Source: Octopus sinensis (Eukaryota). Taken from it: 64,000 nucleotides of DNA. Where the stretch lies: assembly GCF_006345805.1 (NCBI RefSeq), contig NC_043003.1, positions 80,166,001-80,230,000 on the forward strand, read 5' to 3'. A model generated the notes under the pieces. It was not told the origin of the DNA and did not search any database. It was given only the letters and a program-made list of their open reading frames with translations. The position numbers were made by a program, and so were the translations under genes. Below are positions 54,245-64,000 of the stretch, piece after piece (the first letter of the stretch is position 1; every line of letters starts with the position of its first letter).

Positions 54245-55440
54245 TCATTTATTGGCCATAGGCCTGACATAAAGGTGGGCAATACAATAGACGGAGACAG
54301 TGGGGCTTTTACACAAAACCACGAGTAAACAATTGGGAAAAGAATAATACACATTGAACAAAAAAAATACAACAATGAAAATCTCCTCGAATTCACCAGC
54401 CTACAGGCGCATGGTAGTTCCAGTGACACGGACCATTTTCGCTACATTCACCCAAATTTCATGATACTGGGGGCATCATGTCTCTCTCCACACCCATCTG
54501 GCGTTTTAAGTGGAATTTGAAAGATTTGATGAGAGATTGACGGATATGAGCCCTTTCAGCCTGATTCCCCATACAACCTCTTCCACTAATGCCACCAATC
54601 AAATGAAAATTGCCTGCCATCCAGGCCTAAGGATGGCGGCGAGTCGATCTGTACTATGGACTCTGCCGATAACCGGATCGATCTTACACGCGTCTTAGCT
54701 GTTCGACGTAACTCCACAAGTTGTAATGCACGGATACTGGGCGAGTCGGAGCAGTGTCACTCCGCGCACATCTCGGGCAGGTTCGTCTGACAGCACTTCC
54801 ATGCCTGCAGAATTTATCTCGAACCGGAAATGCCCCCGTTCCCTCCCTCCGAGAGCTCTTCCAAGCGAGGGATTTCTGGAAGAAATCCATTGTCCCCGAT
54901 TCGAAAGTCTTTCGGAACAGACTGATTAGTTCGACTTTGTCGATGCCCAAAGCCTCTCCGAGTTCATTATCGCACTTTCCCTCCGCTAACCCTCTGTAGA
55001 TGTTTCTCTGACGGATCTGGCTGCCTGGTAGATGGTAGACAGTGCTTGGAAGCATTCCAGATGCCATTCACCATGTCTAAGTTTGTTCTTGACTCAGAAC
55101 TGCAGCTCAGTCAAGGAGAGGAACCGGGGAGATGCCTGTTTGACAAACGGCGACAACACCTGTTAACCGTTTAGGAAGAATATTTGGAGATGCCGGAACC
55201 TCGGCGCATGTCTACGCATAATTAGCCACGGCATGCCCAGTCCTCCACGTACAAGGTACTGGTGGCAGATACATCGCCTCAACAACAGAATCTGTCCCTT
55301 CCACAAGAATTGAAGAGGTGACGCTCCAACCTGGCCAAGCACGACATGCTGTTTATTTCGATATTGGCTCACCATGTCACGCACATATATTTGTGACGTA
55401 TATGCCTGGTGTACCATTATAAGACGGGTAGTCATGTTGG
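54245..55440 (-). mobile_element. Tx1/L1-like LINE, 3' portion
   Basis: QFLWKG...VRGGLGMPWLIMRRHA.R.RHLQ, FPVRDKFCRHGSAVRRTCPRC, WVNVAKMVRV. aataaa near 54247. Homologous to 33770-34590. Confidence 0.8.
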
Positions 55441-55524
55441 GTGTATTGGGCTTCGTATATTAAAACCCAGTGTCAATTTGATGGCATGCACTACTTTCCC
55501 ACTCAATAATAATAATAAAAATAA

Positions 55525-55700
55525 TGCTTTCAAATTTTGGTGCAAGGCCAGCAATTTCGGAGGTGTGGCTACGTCGCTGACATATCCCCAGTGATCAGCT
55601 GGCATTTATTTAATCACCACTGGGGGAATTTGAACACAGAACACACACGGACGAAATACCGCATTTCAACCAGCATACTAAAGATTCTGTCAGCTCACTG
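55525..55700 (-). mobile_element. Degenerate SINE family B
   Basis: gggaatttgaacacagaac...ggacgaaatacc...gttctgtcagctcact. Confidence 0.6.
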
Positions 55701-55733
55701 AAAGTGTTGATTCTGCTGCTAGTGCTATTAATG

Positions 55734-59508
<3,775 letters not shown>

Positions 59509-59972
59509 AAGATTATATAAGACTGAGGGTACTCCTCCAGAAGTTATAGAAAAATAAATAGAAGAGTGCCATAGTTATCATGTGAAATTGTTTGAACGAT
59601 ATTTCGGCATCTAGCGTGCCTTCCACAGGTTCAAAAATTACATGTCAGCCTACTTCATTTTTTTTTAATTTTTAAGATTATATAGGACCGAGGTAACTCC
59701 TCCAGGAGTTATAGAGAAATAAATAGAAGAGTGCCATAGTTGTCATCTGAAATTATTTCAACGCTAGATGCAGAAATATCATTCAACCAATTTCACATGA
59801 CAAGCATGGCACTCTTCTATTTATTTCTCTATAACTTCTGGATCGAGTTACCTCAATCCTATATAATCTTAATAAAAAAAAATGAAGTAAACTGACATGT
59901 AATTTTTGAACCTTTGGAAGGCACGCTAGATGACGAAATATCGTTCAACCAATTTCACATGATATGGCACTC
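59509..59972. repeat. Fold-back palindrome built from a 165-bp tandem unit
   Basis: Forward copies start at 59509 and 59674. The strand inverts at about 59762, and reverse-complement copies run to 59972. Confidence 0.88.
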
Positions 59973-60134
59973 ACTAGTACAACACTAAATACAAAACCAA
60001 ATATATGGCACACTAGGCATAACAACAATACGAACTTCCAACCTGTTGCCTCTTGAGGTCTCTGGGTGAGACTTGGAGCCAACTTGTACAAATATAAAGC
60101 AAAAGTCAAACATAGCATAATAATAATAATAATG

Positions 60135-60700
60135 ATAATAATAATAATAATCCTTTCTACTATAGGCAGAAGGCCTGAAACATTTGGGGTGGGGCTAGCC
60201 GATTACATAGACTCGAGTTGGAAATTGGTAATTAGTTCATCGACCCCGAAGGATGAATGACAAAGTCGACCTCGGCGTCATTTGAATTCAAAACGTAAAG
60301 ACGGATGAAAGACTGCTAAGCATATCCCCCGCGCGCTAACGATCCTTCCAGCTCACCGCCTTAATTATAATGATGATGATGTTGATAATATGAATGATAA
60401 TCTACCTTTCTACTATGGCAATAAGCTTGAAATTGTGAGGGTTTTAGGGTAGTGATTAGTCAATCACATCGACTCCATTGTTTTGCTGGTACGCAATTTA
60501 TTGACCCCGAAAAGATGAAAGGCAAAGTCGACCTTGGCGGAATTTGAACAAGAACAGCAGCAACAACATGAATAATAATAATCCTTTCTACTATAAGCAC
60601 AAGTCGATTACATTGACCAAGTGTTTCACTGGTACTTAATTCATTGGCCCCGAAAAGATGAGAGCAAAATTAGCCTCGACAGAATTTGAGCAAGAACAGC
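60135..60700 (-). mobile_element. Three consecutive SINE family B copies
   Basis: Cores cgaccccgaaggatg (about 60245), gaccccgaaaagatg (about 60505), ccccgaaaagatg (about 60650), separated by AAT/GAT/AAC tracts. Confidence 0.8.
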
Positions 60701-61259
60701 TGCAAAAACAACAGCAATAAGGTATATATATATATATATATATATTATTTTTGCATATATTTGCAGTAAAACACGTCACTATCTTCATCTTCGTCTCCAT
60801 TCGACATCTTCATCATCGCCATTGCATGTATCGGTATCATCATCACCGTTGTCACACTAGCGGTGTATAGGCGTGACTATGTATAGATTTATATGATAGA
60901 TATATGCTGATCAATAATGCTCGTTGGCTTTTCTAATTATGAGATGTATTCATCAATACTTGATCTTTCAGACAGGATACAATAACACTCTTTGAGCCTT
61001 CAGCTGTCAGGTACACTATCGAATTAGTTATATGTAATTATTGATATATGGCCTCGTAGTCTTTCTCACATGTGCACTCAAACATGTACACATATACAAA
61101 GAGCAATCACAGGTATTGCTTTCCACATACTCATTCACTATGAGATATGTGGGCATATTCTACATAAATCTGCGTGTATGTATACATATATATATAAGAG
61201 AGATACAGAAAAATCATCCATTCTATATTCTTGAATTCCCTATCACTTCCAATCTCACT

Positions 61260-61272
61260 CTCTCTGTATATA

Positions 61273-61368
<96 letters not shown>

Positions 61369-61379
61369 ATGTGTGTGTG

Positions 61380-61416
<37 letters not shown>

Positions 61417-61570
61417 TCAGCATACGTCACCCGGCCTTTGAGAATAGTATAATTTCCTTATCTGTATGTGTATATATATATATATATATATATGTTGTGT
61501 GTGTGTGTGTGTGCATGTGTATGTATATACATGTAAGAATGTGTCTATGTATTTATGTATGTGTGTGTGT
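61260..61570. repeat. (TA)n/(TG)n microsatellite block
   Basis: Direct reading. Confidence 0.95.
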
Positions 61571-63654
61571 CTGTAAAGAGAAGGGGTGGGGGAGAGAGTT
61601 ATCCTTCAGCAGGTAATTATTCTTATTGAATTATATGGAAACGGGATCTGGAGATGATATCGACACTAGTACGCCCTTGGAATATATTTCTAAAATGATA
61701 TACATTTATATTCTACTATACCACATGTTAGAAAATGTTCTTTTCATTAGCTTAGAATAAATTTTGCATACCTAAATTTCAATGTAATAAAACTTTTGAA
61801 AGAACATTTTTTGGGAAAAAAATATTGCTTCTCTCAATTTTCCATGTCATCAGCAATCTTCACTCTGTAATGTCAATTGAGATTGATTCCTTCCGGTACG
61901 CAGAGCAACACAGAATTTTACATATTTGAGCAGAGGTTCTGACAGGAGCAAACATATTATTCAAGTATTCACGTCGCAATATATTTATTGTAATCACAAA
62001 TACCATATTTATTGTCATCGCAAATACCATGTTAATTCGTTTAGTTACAATCATATAGAGCCAGCATATTCTTTCACTATATCATATTTTGCTGCTTTGA
62101 AAATTTCATGTGAGCAATCTAATTTCCTCGTAACATTTTGCTACCTTTAGATGGCTTGATATTCTCTATGGGATTCAAGTAAGCCCTCTAATCAGACCAG
62201 CGTTTAATCTCTGTGATGCCAAAGCAATCTCATCACATAAAGTTTTAAGGCAGTAATTGTGTTTTAACACGACTCTTGCCAATAGAAATACACCCATATT
62301 ATGATGCTGTACTCATCAGTGCATTGCAGTTTTTGAAATACATTTAAAATAAAATCTCTCACTAGATCTCTGAAGGTGGTAACAATGTGTAGTTTCACCA
62401 CAAAACCGAGACCTTCACTTACCTCTCTAGTATTTCTAAAATTATCCAGTTCACAGTTTTCTTCCCGGACCATGAATTACAACTTAATCTTAATATTTTC
62501 TTGTATAATAAGATTCGTAGAACACATTTTCGAAGCAAAACCAGCATCGTTAAACCTCCTTCTATAGTTTTTGTGGTCTCATCTTGCTTTCAGCAATTCT
62601 AAAACCTCTTTGCAATTGATGTTGGCTGCCGTTTCTTCCTTAAGACTAAAATTTCTGTTCCTGTAAATTTTGCTTGTAGTAGTTCTTGAGTGAACAGCCC
62701 CTTTCATTTTTGTTATTGTAAAACTTTCCTAGAAGTGAGATTTCCATTCACAGTAAGCAGTGAAATACAAATTTTGCTTGTTATTTTAGTAGCTCGCGGA
62801 TTTTTAAATATGTTGTGCCTAATTCGCAATGAATAGCAATTTATTTTGAATATTCCAATTCGCATGGAATTTCTTTTTATTTGAAAGAATATAAGCGCAC
62901 ACGCACACCCACATACAAACACACACACACGCAGAAAGATCCACGCACAAATATATACCACTAGCTTTCCAGGAGTAATTAGAAGTATTTGCACACGATG
63001 TGTTATTTGAAGATTAAAATACTTCTACATGTTTATGTAAAAGAAGTACCCTTCTAGATGTAATTTCAACATCTAGAATTCAAACTTTTTTTTATTATAA
63101 ACAACAATTAATAACAAGTCTATCAATCTTTTTCTATATGTACAATATTAGTATCTCTGTCATACTTGAGATGATAGTCCTTAAATCTATATTCTTGGAT
63201 GAGGTGAGAGAGGTTACAGATAAAGTAAAAAAAAATAAGTTTCTTCTCTGCGTAAAATCGCTATACAAATTCCCAAAGGACCCTCACATTTTCAAAAGTG
63301 CTACAACGAGCGCTGGAACAAATAACTTGTGGCAATTGCATTATATACTTTAATGCGCAAAAAGTACAATATCATGTTTGGATTATTGATTTATAAATAG
63401 CTGGCTGCTCACACACATGCAATCATTCATCGATTCATTCGTCATAAAGATTGTATATATATGTGTGTTTATGTTTCCCTGTGCTCTTTTTTCTGTATTT
63501 TTTTCTCTCCTTGCTTACCGTTTCTTTCAAAAGACGAGTGGATACACGAAATGTAAAATACATTTCCTTCCTTTTTAGCATTTCCCTAACATCAACCGAA
63601 TAAACCTTGTATTTACTTTTTCTCATCTCCTCTTGACACTATACTTTTTGCACC

Positions 63655-63743
63655 ATATATACATACACACACACACACATATGCATACATATATATATAT
63701 ATATATGTGTGTATATACATGTATGTATGTAACTATATATATA

Positions 63744-63816
<73 letters not shown>

Positions 63817-63880
63817 TGAATGAATGAATGAATGAATGAATGAATGAATGTACGTATATATGTATGAGTGTCCGTGTATG
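63655..63880. repeat. (CA)(TA)(TATG)(TGAA) microsatellite block
   Basis: Direct reading. Confidence 0.95.
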
Positions 63881-64000
63881 TATGTAAAATGGCTATATAT
63901 TGCTCAAGCCCATTAAAACGCCGGAAAAATATTTTGGGCATTTTAATTGCAAATTTTAAGATGCTGTATTTCGTGTTTCCAGAATCACTAAATTCCCCTC

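Overview
AT-rich, repeat-dense metazoan genomic DNA. The SINE families, microsatellite load and retroelement content point to an octopod cephalopod (Octopus sp.); this is inference from repeat recognition. I found no host protein-coding exon I can support, and most ORF-track entries are microsatellite or antisense artefacts. The window holds many (TA/CA/AGAT/AAT)n tracts and at least four tRNA-type SINE families. It also holds decayed non-LTR retrotransposons (R4/Dong with RT and REL endonuclease, Tx1/L1-like, HERO-like, an RTE 3' end, a Penelope GIY-YIG fragment), a full-length but broken mariner, and Helitron pieces including a RepHel N-terminal fragment. The most interesting signal is a set of six type I hammerhead ribozyme (HHR) motifs in four unrelated sequence contexts, found by manual folding: 1843-1936, 13157-13263 with 13640-13744, 25826-25868 with 26200-26243, and 47308-47343. 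One pair lies in a 484-bp unit present as more than one monomer plus a divergent inverted copy, which resembles a Penelope-mobilised retrozyme or circular-RNA element. All motif and family calls were made by eye, without database searches.
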